Of a DNA stretch of 64,000 nt, positions 51,610-61,962 are shown one piece after another (position 1 is the stretch's first letter; each line of letters opens with the position of its first letter). The position numbers and the translations under genes are program-made. This DNA comes from Candidatus Latescibacterota bacterium (GTDB lineage: Bacteria > Latescibacterota > UBA2968 > UBA8231), in NCBI GenBank assembly GCA_965223905.1, contig CBDCXV010000010.1, positions 640,001 through 704,000 of the forward strand, in the 5' to 3' direction. Below the pieces are notes generated by a model. That model did not search any database and was not told where the DNA came from. It worked only from the letters and a program-made list of their open reading frames with translations.

Positions 51610-52058
51610 TCGAGAGCCTGGTTCCCTGGTACCTCTGGCTCAAGGCGATCCACCTCATCTCGATGATCGCCTGGATGGCGGGACTGCTCTACCTGCCGCG
51701 GCTGTTCGTCTACCACACCGGGGTCGCCGTCGACTCCGACGCCTACCGCGCCTTCGAGACCATGGAACGCCGCCTGCTCCGGGTCATCATCAACCCGTCG
51801 GGAATCGCCGTTTTCGTCACGGGAATCCTGCTGATCGCCGCCACCGGCGCCGGCGCTCCGGGCACCGGAGCCTGGATGCACCTGAAGCTCCTGCTCGTCC
51901 TCGGGTTGGGGGCGCTGCACGGCATGATGGCGCGCTACCGCAAGGATTTCGAGCGCCGGCAGAACAGGAAGACGCAGAAGTTCTACCGGGTCTTCAACGA
52001 GATCCCGACGGTGCTGATGATCGCCATCGTCCTCCTCGCCGTCCTCAAGCCGTTCTGA
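51606..52058 (+). CDS. hemJ: Protoporphyrinogen IX oxidase HemJ
   Basis: WLKAIHLISMIAWMAGLLYLPRLFVYH, MERRL, WMHLKL, NEIPT, LKPF. Confidence 0.95.
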   Translation: MIESLVPWYLWLKAIHLISMIAWMAGLLYLPRLFVYHTGVAVDSDAYRAFETMERRLLRVIINPSGIAVFVTGILLIAATGAGAPGTGAWMHLKLLLVLGLGALHGMMARYRKDFERRQNRKTQKFYRVFNEIPTVLMIAIVLLAVLKPF

Positions 52059-52060
52059 CC

Positions 52061-52909
52061 ATGCTTTTCGGCGCCCACCAATCGATCTCGGGAGGGGTTT
52101 TCAACGCCATCGGGCGCGGCCGGGAGGCGACCTGCGACACCGTCCAGATCTTCAACAAATCGAACAACCAGTGGCGCGCCAAGAAGCTGGCCGCCGCGGA
52201 GATCGACCAGTTCCTCGAAGCGATCGCGGCCACCGGGATCGGGGTGGCCTGCTCCCACGACAGCTACCTCATCAACCTCGCTTCACCCGATCCCGGGCTC
52301 GAGGAGAAGTCGCTGGCTTCCTTCGTCACCGAGGTGGAACGCTGCAACCTCCTGCGCATCCCCAACCTCGTCTTTCACCCGGGCTCCCACGTCGGTTCCG
52401 GGGTCGAGAGCGGCCTCGACCGCATCGCCGCCAACCTCAACCGCGTCTTCGACGAGGTGCCGGACAACGAGGTCTGCCTGTGCCTCGAAGCCACCGCCGG
52501 GCAGGGCTCCAATCTCGGCCATCGCTTCGAGCAGCTCGCCTGGATCATCGACCGCGTCGACAACGCCGGACAGATGGGCGCCTGTATCGACACCTGCCAC
52601 CTGTTCGCCGCCGGGTATCCCCTTGCCGATGCGGAGGAATACGCCGCGACCATGACGCAGTTCGACGAAATCGTCGGCCTCGAGCGATTGAGGATAATCC
52701 ACGCCAACGACAGCAAGAGGGAGCTGGGGTCCCGCGTCGACCGCCACGAGCATATCGGTGAGGGAGAAATCGGCCTGGAGGGGTTCCGCAACGTCGTCAA
52801 CGACGAGCGCCTGCAGGAGATCCCGGTGATCATCGAGACCCCGAAGGGGGAGGACCTGGCCGAGGACGTCGAGAACCTGCGGGTGCTGCGCTCCCTGGTC
52901 GCCTCATAG
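52061..52909 (+). CDS. nfo: Endonuclease IV
   Basis: GAHQSI, HDSYLINL, HPGSH, EATAGQG, DTCH, HANDSK, DRHEHIG, ETP. Confidence 0.97.
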   Translation: MLFGAHQSISGGVFNAIGRGREATCDTVQIFNKSNNQWRAKKLAAAEIDQFLEAIAATGIGVACSHDSYLINLASPDPGLEEKSLASFVTEVERCNLLRIPNLVFHPGSHVGSGVESGLDRIAANLNRVFDEVPDNEVCLCLEATAGQGSNLGHRFEQLAWIIDRVDNAGQMGACIDTCHLFAAGYPLADAEEYAATMTQFDEIVGLERLRIIHANDSKRELGSRVDRHEHIGEGEIGLEGFRNVVNDERLQEIPVIIETPKGEDLAEDVENLRVLRSLVAS

Positions 52910-53044
52910 TTACACGCCCCGGGACCGATCGCCGGGAACTCTGTCACCCCGAGGCGGTCTCCAGTGCCGCTTCGTCCCCCGGGGCCGGAAGAAATCGGCG
53001 ATGACCTCACGGGATCGAGGCCACCCCTTCCCGCGTGCCGAATC

Positions 53045-53743
53045 TCAGGGCCCGCGGAACTCCGCCTTGTTCCAGTACTTTCCCAGGTTGGTCCGGATCC
53101 ATTCGAGAGGGGCGAAGCGGAGCGCGTTGAAACCGCCCCAGGTCCAGCGCTCAGGCAGCCGGCGCCCGATCAGCCTGCGGATCAGCTTCTGACGCTGCTC
53201 CCCTTCCACCAGCTCGACATCCCGGCCGAGGCGGACAAGGGACCGCTCGTACACCGACGTTATCAGGTTGTACGCATGGCGGACGAGCTTCTCCGGTTGC
53301 GTAACCATGACCCTCGGGCAGACCATGCCGCCCTCCCGGATGGCGAATCTCCTGAGCCAGCGGTCCGGGGCTTCCCCCTCGTGGCGCTCGACCGCCTCGG
53401 CAATGGTAGCGGGGGTCATTACCGCGTAGGTGCGGCAGATCAGCGGCCGCACCGGGTAGATGGAGCAGCGGTTGTCGGCCGCGAGGAAGGGACATCGTCG
53501 CGGCCGCTCCTCGGTCACCGCCAGCAACTCGCGCCGTTTCTCCTCGGGGAACTGCTCGGTCACCCAGCGGACGATGTTGAGGTACTCGGCGCGGTAGAGC
53601 GGAAACATGGTCGCGTACCCCTCCTCCATCTCCTTCTCCGTCAGCGAGCAGCACTCCCCTGAATTGGCGCAGCAGGTCGCCGGCACCTGATCGTAGAGCA
53701 CCCGCAGCTCTTCGGCGAGTTTCTCACCGTTCAGTCGCGGCAT
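53045..53743 (-). CDS. YkgJ-family cysteine cluster protein
   Basis: CCANSGECC, CPFL...CSIYPVRPLICR. Confidence 0.82.
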   Translation of the reverse strand: MPRLNGEKLAEELRVLYDQVPATCCANSGECCSLTEKEMEEGYATMFPLYRAEYLNIVRWVTEQFPEEKRRELLAVTEERPRRCPFLAADNRCSIYPVRPLICRTYAVMTPATIAEAVERHEGEAPDRWLRRFAIREGGMVCPRVMVTQPEKLVRHAYNLITSVYERSLVRLGRDVELVEGEQRQKLIRRLIGRRLPERWTWGGFNALRFAPLEWIRTNLGKYWNKAEFRGP

Positions 53744-53839
53744 CGAAAGTCTCCCGTTGTGCCAAGAGGGTCCCCGGGGGGAGTCGACGATTCCGAATAG
53801 CCTCCGCGCCCGAGGTCGGCCGTGCCAGTCCGGGCATGC

Positions 53840-55939
53840 TCAGAACCTCTGGTCCCGCTTCCGACCCCCGGATCCTCCGTGCAGGGGACAGAGCTCGGGC
53901 AGGACCCCGTCGGCGATGAACAGCTCCTCCGACTTCCTCGGGCAGTAGCGCGTCGCCAGGCTGTGGCTGTCCTCGCAGACCTGCAGGGAGGTGACCGCTC
54001 CCTCGGGGTAGTCGAAGTCCTGCCGGCGGCGCTTCTGGTATTCGGGGATGGTGTCGTACACCTCCTTCATGAAGTTTGCCCACAATGGGAGGGCGGCGCG
54101 CGATCCCGGCTGCCTCCCGAGAGTCTGGGCGGGGTCGTCCATTCCCACCCAGACCCCGGCGACGAGATGCGGGGTGAAGCCGATGAACCAGGCATCGGCG
54201 TACTCGTTGGTGGTTCCGGTCTTGCCGCCCGCCGGGGAGTGGAAGCCGTAGCGGGTGCGCGCTCCCCGGCCGGTTCCGCCCACCTCGTCCATCACCGACC
54301 GCATCAGGTCCGTCATCAGCACCGCTACCGAGGGGCGCAGCACCTCTCTGGCGATCACCGAGGGCTCGAACACCACGTTGCCTTCGGAGTCCTCGATGCG
54401 CTCGACGACGACCGGGGGCACGAGCACCCCCTTGTTGGGGAACACGCCGAAGGCGGCGACCAGCTCGAGGAGATGGACCTCGCTGGTGCCGACGCCGATC
54501 GACTCGAAGGGGCGGAGCGGCGCCGTTATCCCCATGTTGCGCGCGTACTGGACGACCCGCTCGGGGCCTACCAAGATCGCCAGCTTCAGGGCCACGAGGT
54601 TGCGCGACTGCTTGAAGGCGTCGCGCAGCGTCATCGGTCCCTTGAACTTGTGGTCGTAGTTCTCGGGATCCCAGACCTTCCCGGTGACCGGATCGACGAT
54701 GGTGATGGCGTTGTCCTCGTACACGTCGACGGGGAAGATCCCGTTGTCGAAGGCCGCGGTGTAGACGAACGGCTTGAAGGAGGAGCCGGCCTGCCGCAGG
54801 GCCTGGGTCGCCCTGTTGAACTCGCTGTCGCTGAAATCGCGGCCGCCGATCATGGCCAGAACGTGCCCGGTGGAGGGATCCAGGGCTACGAAGGCTGCCT
54901 GGACCAGCGCCGAATCCGGCGTTCCGGGGGTATGGGCCCGGGACGCCATGAACTTGTCGACCCTCTCCTGCACCTTGCCGATCTCGGTGACGAACAGGGT
55001 TTCGGCTATCCGCTGCAGCCGCGAATCGAGGGTGGTCTGCACCCTGAAGCCGTCGCGGTACAGGGAGAGGCCGTACTCGCGGTTGAGCTGCTGGCGCACG
55101 TGCTCGACGAAGTAGGGGCCCAGGCCGAAGGTTTCGGCGTGCCGCCGCTTGCGCACCTCCACCGGCTGCTTCTGCAGCCGTAGAAAATCCGCCTCGGTCA
55201 GTTTGCCGGAGCGCATCATCTGCGAGAGCACCTTGTTGCGGCGCCGGGCCGCGCGCTCGGGGTTGACCAAGGGACTGTAGGAGTTGGGCTTCGGCAGCAG
55301 CCCCGCCAGGGTCGCGCACTCCTCCACCGTCAGGTCCGCTACTTCCTTGTCGAAATACAGGCGCGCGGCCGATTTGAGGCCGTACGCATCGTGTCCGAAG
55401 AAGACGGTGTTTAGGTACATCATCAGGATCTCGCGCTTGGTGTAGAGGCGCTCGACGTGGACCGCGGTGATCCACTCGCGGATTTTGCGCGCGTAGGTCG
55501 CCAGAAGCTCGCCGAAGGTGCCGCTGCCTCTCTGGCGGCCGACCTGCGGGTACAGGTTGCGCGCCAGCTGCTGCGTCAGGGTGCTCGCCCCCTCCGCGGT
55601 CAGATCGAGCGAGACGACGTTTGCGTACACCGCCCCGAAGATCCGCCGCAGGTCGATGCCCCAGTGCGAGTAGAAGCGGCGGTCCTCGATGGCGATCAGG
55701 GCCTCCTCCATCGCCTGCGGGATCTCCTCGTACCCCTTGAGCAGCTCGCGGTTCTCCTCGAGGAAATTGCGCAGATGCTTGCCGTCGGCGGAGAAAACCT
55801 TGGTGATACGCTTGGGCTGGAATCGCTCGAGCTCGTCGATGTCGGGAAGGTCGTCGTCGAACAGGTTGACGGCGACCACCAGGGAGATGCCGTACACCGC
55901 CATGCAAGCGAATGCGATCAGCGGCAGGAATTTCAGCAT
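53840..55939 (-). CDS. Class A penicillin-binding protein (PBP1A family)
   Basis: TG motifs EDRRFYSH, GASTLTQQL, RKIRE, YLN; TP motifs SSFK, SRN, KTG; ATG at 55939. Confidence 0.95.
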   Translation of the reverse strand: MLKFLPLIAFACMAVYGISLVVAVNLFDDDLPDIDELERFQPKRITKVFSADGKHLRNFLEENRELLKGYEEIPQAMEEALIAIEDRRFYSHWGIDLRRIFGAVYANVVSLDLTAEGASTLTQQLARNLYPQVGRQRGSGTFGELLATYARKIREWITAVHVERLYTKREILMMYLNTVFFGHDAYGLKSAARLYFDKEVADLTVEECATLAGLLPKPNSYSPLVNPERAARRRNKVLSQMMRSGKLTEADFLRLQKQPVEVRKRRHAETFGLGPYFVEHVRQQLNREYGLSLYRDGFRVQTTLDSRLQRIAETLFVTEIGKVQERVDKFMASRAHTPGTPDSALVQAAFVALDPSTGHVLAMIGGRDFSDSEFNRATQALRQAGSSFKPFVYTAAFDNGIFPVDVYEDNAITIVDPVTGKVWDPENYDHKFKGPMTLRDAFKQSRNLVALKLAILVGPERVVQYARNMGITAPLRPFESIGVGTSEVHLLELVAAFGVFPNKGVLVPPVVVERIEDSEGNVVFEPSVIAREVLRPSVAVLMTDLMRSVMDEVGGTGRGARTRYGFHSPAGGKTGTTNEYADAWFIGFTPHLVAGVWVGMDDPAQTLGRQPGSRAALPLWANFMKEVYDTIPEYQKRRRQDFDYPEGAVTSLQVCEDSHSLATRYCPRKSEELFIADGVLPELCPLHGGSGGRKRDQRF

Positions 55940-55967
55940 CCGGGCGGCCCCTCTCCTCGCGGACCGG

Positions 55968-58900
55968 CTACTCGTAGTAGCCGGCGACCCGGCGGGTGTT
56001 GTACTCCAGCACGTACTCGACATGTTCCGGGCTCGTCGGGTAGGACTCGGTTGCCGGGTACGGGTACCTGCTCATGCCGTGAAACGGCAGCGGCTCGACC
56101 GTGAGGGAGGCGGCGCTGTGGAAGTCCATGTCCTTGCCGAAGCCGTCCGAGTAGAACAGGAAGGTCCTGCTCATGCCCTCGGCGAGCGGCGGGAAGGCGG
56201 CGGCGGCGACCTCCATGGTCAGCTCGTCACCATGAGACATGATGACGAAGCGGTCGTCCACCTCCCGGAGCAGGCCGGACACCGGGCCGAGCCGGGTAAA
56301 GGCACCTGCATGCGTGCCCCAGTCGGTGTAGGGATCGAGGCGGCCGTAGTCGTAGCGGAAGGCAAACGTCCCCTTGATCGAGGTGTGTTCCGGGTAGCCG
56401 CGCCAGTGCAGGTCCGCGGCCTCGAAGCCGCGGCGGTGAACGGTGACGCCGCCCTCGGCGATATCCCCGATGAGAATCTGGTCGAAGTAGACGGCCGCGG
56501 TGGTGGTGATGCGCACCTGCCGGACCCCGGCCGGCAGGGCTCCGGAGAGGTCGACGAGCATCCGCTTCGGCAGTCCCGCTGGCACCCCCAGGTCGGCGAT
56601 GGCCGTGCGCCAGCCTCCGGCGCCGTCGGGAATCTCCAGCCGCGGCGAGGAGAGCTGCAGCCGCGCCTGTGCCGCGGCCCAGTTCGAGGTCGAGTGGGCG
56701 TAGTCGACCCAGCCGTGGGCCAGCAGCGCCGGGCGCTTCATCCCCGACAGGTCGCCGAGGTCGAGAATCAGCGAGTACTCGCGCGCGTACCCGTGTATGC
56801 GCAGGCGCTCGAAGCCGTCGTACCAGTCGTCGTCGACCTGCTCGAGCTGCCCGAGGATGTCGTTGCCGCGGTCGTCGCGGGCGGCCGCGAGCGGCCGCAG
56901 TCCGGCCAGGGCGCAGGCCTCGAACTGCGGGTACGGCGGCGCCGACAGGAGGCGCTCGTTCGGGTGCACCTCGAGCCCGGGGGGATGGTCGACGGCGATC
57001 AGCTCGGCGGCGTCGAGGTAGATGATCTCCTCGAGCTGGTTTGCCGCCTGCAGGACGTAGCGCCCCTCCTTCGGAACCAGCTCCCCGATGCGCACGTACT
57101 CGTCGTGGTCGGGGGTGTAGTACTCGCCCGGCGCCGTGAGGTACCCGATGATGCCTCCCCCCAGGAAGTCGGTCACGAAGCGGAAGCGGCTTCCGTCCCA
57201 GGCGTAGAGGATGGGGCACGAGGTCCCCTTGCGGTTGAGCTCCACGAGGTCGAGGCGCTGCCGCGCCGCGGTCGCCAGCTCCGTCTGCCGGACCCCGCTC
57301 GGCCACAGGATGCGGACGAATTCGACCGAGTCGGCCGCTCCCAGACCGAAGGTGAGGCTCGACGGCGAGCGGCTGCCCCCGCGCAGCTCCCGCTTCTGCT
57401 GGTGGCTGCGGGTCTTGACCTCCACCTTGGCGCCGAACCCGTCGAGGTTGCTGTTCAGGCCGCTGAGCCCGATGCGGACCCAGCTGCCGCCCGCGGTGGT
57501 GTTGGCGTGCAGCTCCCCGTCGGACCAGAGGTCGAGGTCGCCGTCGCCGTCGAAGTCCTCGAGCAGGACCAGCCCGGCCGCCTCCCCCGCGCGCAGCGTC
57601 GCATCGCTCGGCCGGAAGCTGCCGCCGGTGCGCTGCAGGAAACGGATTCCGCCCTTTCCGAAGGCGACGAGGTCGAGGTCGCCGTCGTTGTCGACGTCCG
57701 CGGCGCGAATGCCTCGGGCCCCGTCCAGATCGACCTTTCCGGCTCTCTTGCCCTCGAAACCGCGGCCGCCGCCCCTGTTTTCAAAGGTGCGGACCTCGCC
57801 ACCAGGCGAGATCGAGGCGATATCCATGCGCCCGTCCGGGGACAGGTCGCCGACGCAGATATCCGCGATGGCGCTGCCCTCTCCGGAGAGTCGGCCGATG
57901 CCGCGGTCGGCAGCGCGGTCGGAGAAAGTGCCGTCGCGGTTGTTCTCGTAGAGCTCGACCGCCCCGCCGTCTGAAAGGACGAGGAAGTCGACGTCGCGGT
58001 CGTTGTCGAAGTCGGAGAAAACCGCTTCCCGGCCGGGATCGCCCCCTACCCCGGCATCCTGCGTGATGTCGGTGAAGGCGGCGCTGCCGTCGTTGCTCAG
58101 CAGGCGCTTGCCTCCTGCCCCCGCCTGCAGCAGGTCGAGGTCGCCGTCGTGGTCGACGTCTGCGGGAACCGACCGCGAGGAAGCGCCGCCGAGGGGGATC
58201 GATTTCCCGAAGCGGCCGCCCTCGTTGACGGCAGCCAGGCTGGCTGCGGCGCTGACGACCATGTCGGAATCGCCGTCGCCGTCGAAGTCTCCGAAAGCCA
58301 GGTCGCCAGCGCCCTCCACCGCTACCGGGAAGCTCCAGCGTTCGTCCGCGCCCAATCCCTCTCCGTCACTCCCCGACCACAGGCGAATCCCCGCCGCAGT
58401 CGCGACCACGAGGCCGGGCCTGTCCTCGCCGTCGATCCCCGCTACTGCGGCCGCGGCCAGCGGCGTCTCGCCGGGGGGGGCCTCATGGCGAAGCTCGAAG
58501 GAGATGGCCGCGGCCGGCGCCTCGCGCGTTTCGCCTGCGTAGCTGCCGTCGGCGAGCGCCTCGGCGTACTTCCCCTGGCCCTGGTAGGAGGAGCTGACTC
58601 CCTCGTGTCCGGCGCGGCTGAGCTGGTCGAATTTCTCCAGCGTCCGGCGCCACTCCGCGGTGCGCTGCTGCAGCCGGAACTGATGGGCGAGGGCGTAGTG
58701 GGCGGAGACGCTGGTAGGGTCGAGCTCGATGGCGCGCTCGAACTCCGCTACCGCCTCGTCCCCGCGCTCCAGTTTCGCCAGGGTGCGGCCGAGGTAGTAG
58801 TGCACCAGCGGATCGTCGTCGTCGGCTGCGACCACCACCTCGAAGGCGGCCAGGGCCGCCTCGTGCTCCTTGCCCTGGGCGTGAAAGATCAGCCCGCGGG

Positions 58901-59252
58901 TGTAGTGGGAGTGCAGCAGGTGGGGGTGGCGCTCGAGGGCTTCGTCGAGCGCCACCAGGGCGGAATCGTACTTGCCCAGGCTGAAAAGGGCGATCCCGAG
59001 GTTGGAACGGGCCAGCGCGTACGAGGGGTCGGCCGCGGCCGCGGCGGCGAATTGCTCGCGCCCGCGAACGTAGTTGTGCTGGTCCATGTAGACGACGCCC
59101 TGATTGTTGTGCCAGCGCGCTTGCAGGCGCTCTGGCGACGGCCCCCCGGGTTGGCAGGACAACCCTGTGAGGGCCGATGAGCAGAGGAACAGCAGGGCGG
59201 CGCTACGGAGGGGTGAGTTCTTGACTGGTACGGGTCGCATTTCTACCTTCAT
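55968..59252 (-). CDS. TPR + FG-GAP/VCBS repeat + ASPIC/UnbV (CRTAC1-like) lipoprotein
   Basis: Lipobox LSC; N-terminal TPRs; repeated DFDGDGDxD motifs; GAKVEV...FGLG...ILWPSG; C-terminal SCPILYAWDG extension. Exact start uncertain. Confidence 0.88.
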   Translation of the reverse strand: MKVEMRPVPVKNSPLRSAALLFLCSSALTGLSCQPGGPSPERLQARWHNNQGVVYMDQHNYVRGREQFAAAAAADPSYALARSNLGIALFSLGKYDSALVALDEALERHPHLLHSHYTRGLIFHAQGKEHEAALAAFEVVVAADDDDPLVHYYLGRTLAKLERGDEAVAEFERAIELDPTSVSAHYALAHQFRLQQRTAEWRRTLEKFDQLSRAGHEGVSSSYQGQGKYAEALADGSYAGETREAPAAAISFELRHEAPPGETPLAAAAVAGIDGEDRPGLVVATAAGIRLWSGSDGEGLGADERWSFPVAVEGAGDLAFGDFDGDGDSDMVVSAAASLAAVNEGGRFGKSIPLGGASSRSVPADVDHDGDLDLLQAGAGGKRLLSNDGSAAFTDITQDAGVGGDPGREAVFSDFDNDRDVDFLVLSDGGAVELYENNRDGTFSDRAADRGIGRLSGEGSAIADICVGDLSPDGRMDIASISPGGEVRTFENRGGGRGFEGKRAGKVDLDGARGIRAADVDNDGDLDLVAFGKGGIRFLQRTGGSFRPSDATLRAGEAAGLVLLEDFDGDGDLDLWSDGELHANTTAGGSWVRIGLSGLNSNLDGFGAKVEVKTRSHQQKRELRGGSRSPSSLTFGLGAADSVEFVRILWPSGVRQTELATAARQRLDLVELNRKGTSCPILYAWDGSRFRFVTDFLGGGIIGYLTAPGEYYTPDHDEYVRIGELVPKEGRYVLQAANQLEEIIYLDAAELIAVDHPPGLEVHPNERLLSAPPYPQFEACALAGLRPLAAARDDRGNDILGQLEQVDDDWYDGFERLRIHGYAREYSLILDLGDLSGMKRPALLAHGWVDYAHSTSNWAAAQARLQLSSPRLEIPDGAGGWRTAIADLGVPAGLPKRMLVDLSGALPAGVRQVRITTTAAVYFDQILIGDIAEGGVTVHRRGFEAADLHWRGYPEHTSIKGTFAFRYDYGRLDPYTDWGTHAGAFTRLGPVSGLLREVDDRFVIMSHGDELTMEVAAAAFPPLAEGMSRTFLFYSDGFGKDMDFHSAASLTVEPLPFHGMSRYPYPATESYPTSPEHVEYVLEYNTRRVAGYYE

Positions 59253-59319
59253 CGCTCCTGAAAATCGCCGCGGAACAGAGATGTTGGAGAATCCTGTTTG
59301 CGGCTTGTCGAGGTTTCGG

Positions 59320-59395
59320 GCGGGAGTAGCTCAGTTGGTAGAGCCCAACGTTGCCAACGTTGTTGTCGCGGGTTCGAGTCCCGTCTCCCGCTCCA
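59320..59395 (+). tRNA. tRNA-Gly (GCC)
   Basis: Acceptor GCGGGAG/CTCCCGC, D arm GCTC/GAGC, anticodon arm CAACG-TTGCCAA-CGTTG, T loop TTCGAGT, encoded CCA; 76 nt. Confidence 0.98.
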
Positions 59396-59515
59396 TCACA
59401 CTTCACTAGAGTGGTTCCACTGACCGGGTTCTTCCCCGTCAGCAAATCAAAAATCGGATGTTGGCGAATCCGGGCAATAGACCTGCCCCGTTCAGCCGCA
59501 TCCGATCGAAAGTCG

Positions 59516-59548
59516 ACCCGGCCGAGATCCCCGGCCGGGTTTCTTTTT
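59516..59548 (+). terminator. Rho-independent terminator between the tRNA and the convergent MMPL gene
   Basis: ACCCGGCCG-7 nt-CGGCCGGGT followed by TTCTTTTT. Confidence 0.8.
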
Positions 59549-59576
59549 GTACCCGCCCCGGTGGTGGCGGGCAGCT

Positions 59577-61952
59577 TCAAACCTTTCCCTCCCGAAGCTG
59601 CAGCAACGCCGGCAGCAGGGTGACCGCGGCGACGAAGCAGCAGCCCAGTCCGAACAGCGAAACCGTGCCGATCCAGTAGAGCGCCGGGTGATGAGCCGGC
59701 ACCAGTCCGGCGAATCCCACCATGGTCGTCATCGTCGTCGCCACCAGCGCCACCCCGGTTGTGCGCAGCACCAGGCGCAGGGAGCCCCTCCCGGACTCGC
59801 GGTAGCGGTGGAAGATGTGCACGGCGTTGTCGATACCCATGCCGATGATCGTCGGGAAGGCGACCATGTTGTAGATGTTGACGCGGTAGTCGAGCAGGTA
59901 CATGAACCCGGTCACCCAAGCCAGCGCCGTCAGCAACGGCGTCAGCACGAGCACCGTGTCGACAACGTTGCGCAGATCGATCAGAAGGACCACGAAGACT
60001 ACCAGCAGGGTCACCACCACCGCCTTCACGGCATCGTCGAGCATCAGCTCGAGCATCTCGGCGAAGATGATGTGGGCGCTCGAGGCGTGGTAGGTGCCCT
60101 TCCCGGTGCGGATCTCCTTGATCTCGCGGGCGAAGTTCATGGCGTTGCGGCCGTCGCGCAGAGGCACCGAGGCGTTGATCATCACGAACGACAGGATGTC
60201 GCCGTCCTTGCTCGAAAAGCTCTTGGTCAGGTCCTCGGGCAGATCCTCCAGCGACAGGCGCTCGACCTCAAGGTACTGCCGCAGGGAATCGAGGCGCACC
60301 CGGTCGCCGTCGCTCAACAGGTTCTCGTTGCTGTCGAGCAACCCGCGGATGCCGGCGATCAGGGCCAGCTTCCCCTCCTGGTCGGCAGGCAGGGCGCTGT
60401 AGACGCTCCTGACCGAGCGGATGGTCGACGAATCGCCGCGCGCCGCCTTGATCCTTTTCACCGCCGACACCACCTCCGTCGCTTCCTCGAAGCTCTCGGT
60501 CAGCACGATCGCCGGCGAGCGCGTCTCCTTGAGGTCCTCGGGAAGCGTCGCCTTCGGACCGGAGCGCGGCAGCTCAGGACGCAGCTTCTTGAAGTCGTAC
60601 TCGAAGCGGAGGTCGTTGAGGTGGTAGAGCGAGTAGGCGGTAGCGATCACCCCTAGAGCCACGGTCGCCACCGAGAACGGATAGCGGCCCATGCGCAGCA
60701 GGTGAACGGGCACGCTCTTCTGCTGCAGCCGGATCAGGTCGAAGCGCTCGGCGAGCACGATGAAGGCGGGACAGACGACGAGGATCGCCCCGAGGGAGAA
60801 CAGGATGCCGGTCCCGACGATGAAGCCGAACTCCGAGAACCCCTTGAAGTCGGAAAACAGCAGCGAGAAGAAGGCGACGGAGGTGGTTACCGCGGTGGTC
60901 GTCAAGGCGCTGCCGGTGTGGACGACGGTCTCGACAAGGGCGTCCTCCGTGCCCATGCCGCGGCGGCGCGCCTCGCGATAGCGGGCGAAGATGTGAATTC
61001 CGAAATCGATGCCGAGGCCGAAAAGGATCGCGAACAGGCAGACGGTGATCTGGTTGAGGTTGCCGATGACGATCTTGGTCAGCCCGAAGGTCCAGGCCAG
61101 CGACATCAGCAGCGGCACGATGATGAAGATCGGCGCGAAAACCTGCCGGAAGTGGATCGATATGAGCACCAGCACCCCGACAAAGGCCAGCATCGCCGAG
61201 GACCTGAGATCGTCGACGACTACCTCGTACTGCTGGGAAGCGTTCTTGAAGCTGCCCTGGTAGTCGCACTGGATGTCGGGATGGAAACGGGCAGGGTCGA
61301 TCGCGGCGATAGTCTCGTCGAGGCTGCGGCGCAGCTGGCGGGTGAACTCGATGTCGGTGATCACCCCGGTCGGATACAGGCGCAGGATCACCCCGTTCTT
61401 CTCCTCGGTCAGGTAATAGTCCCTGTCGAGGCCGCTGGCCTGGTGTCCTTCGTACTTCTGCTCGATGTCGCTGAAGTCGAGGTCGCCCCCCTCCTCCTCT
61501 TCATCGAAGCCGAAGTAGAGAGGAGAGCGTTTCAGCTTTTCGAGCTCGACGCGGTCCTCGACCCGGCGGCGGATCTCCTCGAGGTCCCCGGTCTCCATGT
61601 AGAGCAGGCGGTTGCGGCTGAAGAACCCGGTGCTCTTGCCGCGGATCACCGAGCTGATCAGGGGATTGCCTTCCAGCGAGTCGGCGAGGACGAGCATGAA
61701 GTCGACGCAGCGCTGCAGGTCGCTGCCTGTGACGATGACCATCGAGGGCCCGATGCCGCCGACCCGTTCCTTGATGCGGTTGAGCTCGCGAACGCTGGTG
61801 TAGTCGTCGGGCAGCAGGTCGGCGGAATCCGCCTTGATGCGCAGCTGCACGGCGAAGCTGCCGGCCGCGACCGACAGGGCCAGCGCCACCAGGATGATGC
61901 CGATGTGGTGGTGGTAGACGTAGTGGACTATGCGTTCGTAGCTGACGCGCAT
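59577..61952 (-). CDS. MMPL/RND family lipid transporter (HpnN-like)
   Basis: Two repeated TM bundles with GLGIDFGIH and GMGIDNAVH motifs and two large periplasmic loops. Confidence 0.9.
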   Translation of the reverse strand: MRVSYERIVHYVYHHHIGIILVALALSVAAGSFAVQLRIKADSADLLPDDYTSVRELNRIKERVGGIGPSMVIVTGSDLQRCVDFMLVLADSLEGNPLISSVIRGKSTGFFSRNRLLYMETGDLEEIRRRVEDRVELEKLKRSPLYFGFDEEEEGGDLDFSDIEQKYEGHQASGLDRDYYLTEEKNGVILRLYPTGVITDIEFTRQLRRSLDETIAAIDPARFHPDIQCDYQGSFKNASQQYEVVVDDLRSSAMLAFVGVLVLISIHFRQVFAPIFIIVPLLMSLAWTFGLTKIVIGNLNQITVCLFAILFGLGIDFGIHIFARYREARRRGMGTEDALVETVVHTGSALTTTAVTTSVAFFSLLFSDFKGFSEFGFIVGTGILFSLGAILVVCPAFIVLAERFDLIRLQQKSVPVHLLRMGRYPFSVATVALGVIATAYSLYHLNDLRFEYDFKKLRPELPRSGPKATLPEDLKETRSPAIVLTESFEEATEVVSAVKRIKAARGDSSTIRSVRSVYSALPADQEGKLALIAGIRGLLDSNENLLSDGDRVRLDSLRQYLEVERLSLEDLPEDLTKSFSSKDGDILSFVMINASVPLRDGRNAMNFAREIKEIRTGKGTYHASSAHIIFAEMLELMLDDAVKAVVVTLLVVFVVLLIDLRNVVDTVLVLTPLLTALAWVTGFMYLLDYRVNIYNMVAFPTIIGMGIDNAVHIFHRYRESGRGSLRLVLRTTGVALVATTMTTMVGFAGLVPAHHPALYWIGTVSLFGLGCCFVAAVTLLPALLQLREGKV

Positions 61953-61962
61953 CGCTGCCCGA

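Noticed and set aside
59320-59395. tRNA-Gly as an integration site
   Set aside because: No duplicated tRNA 3' end noticed and no integrase nearby; the flanking genes look chromosomal.
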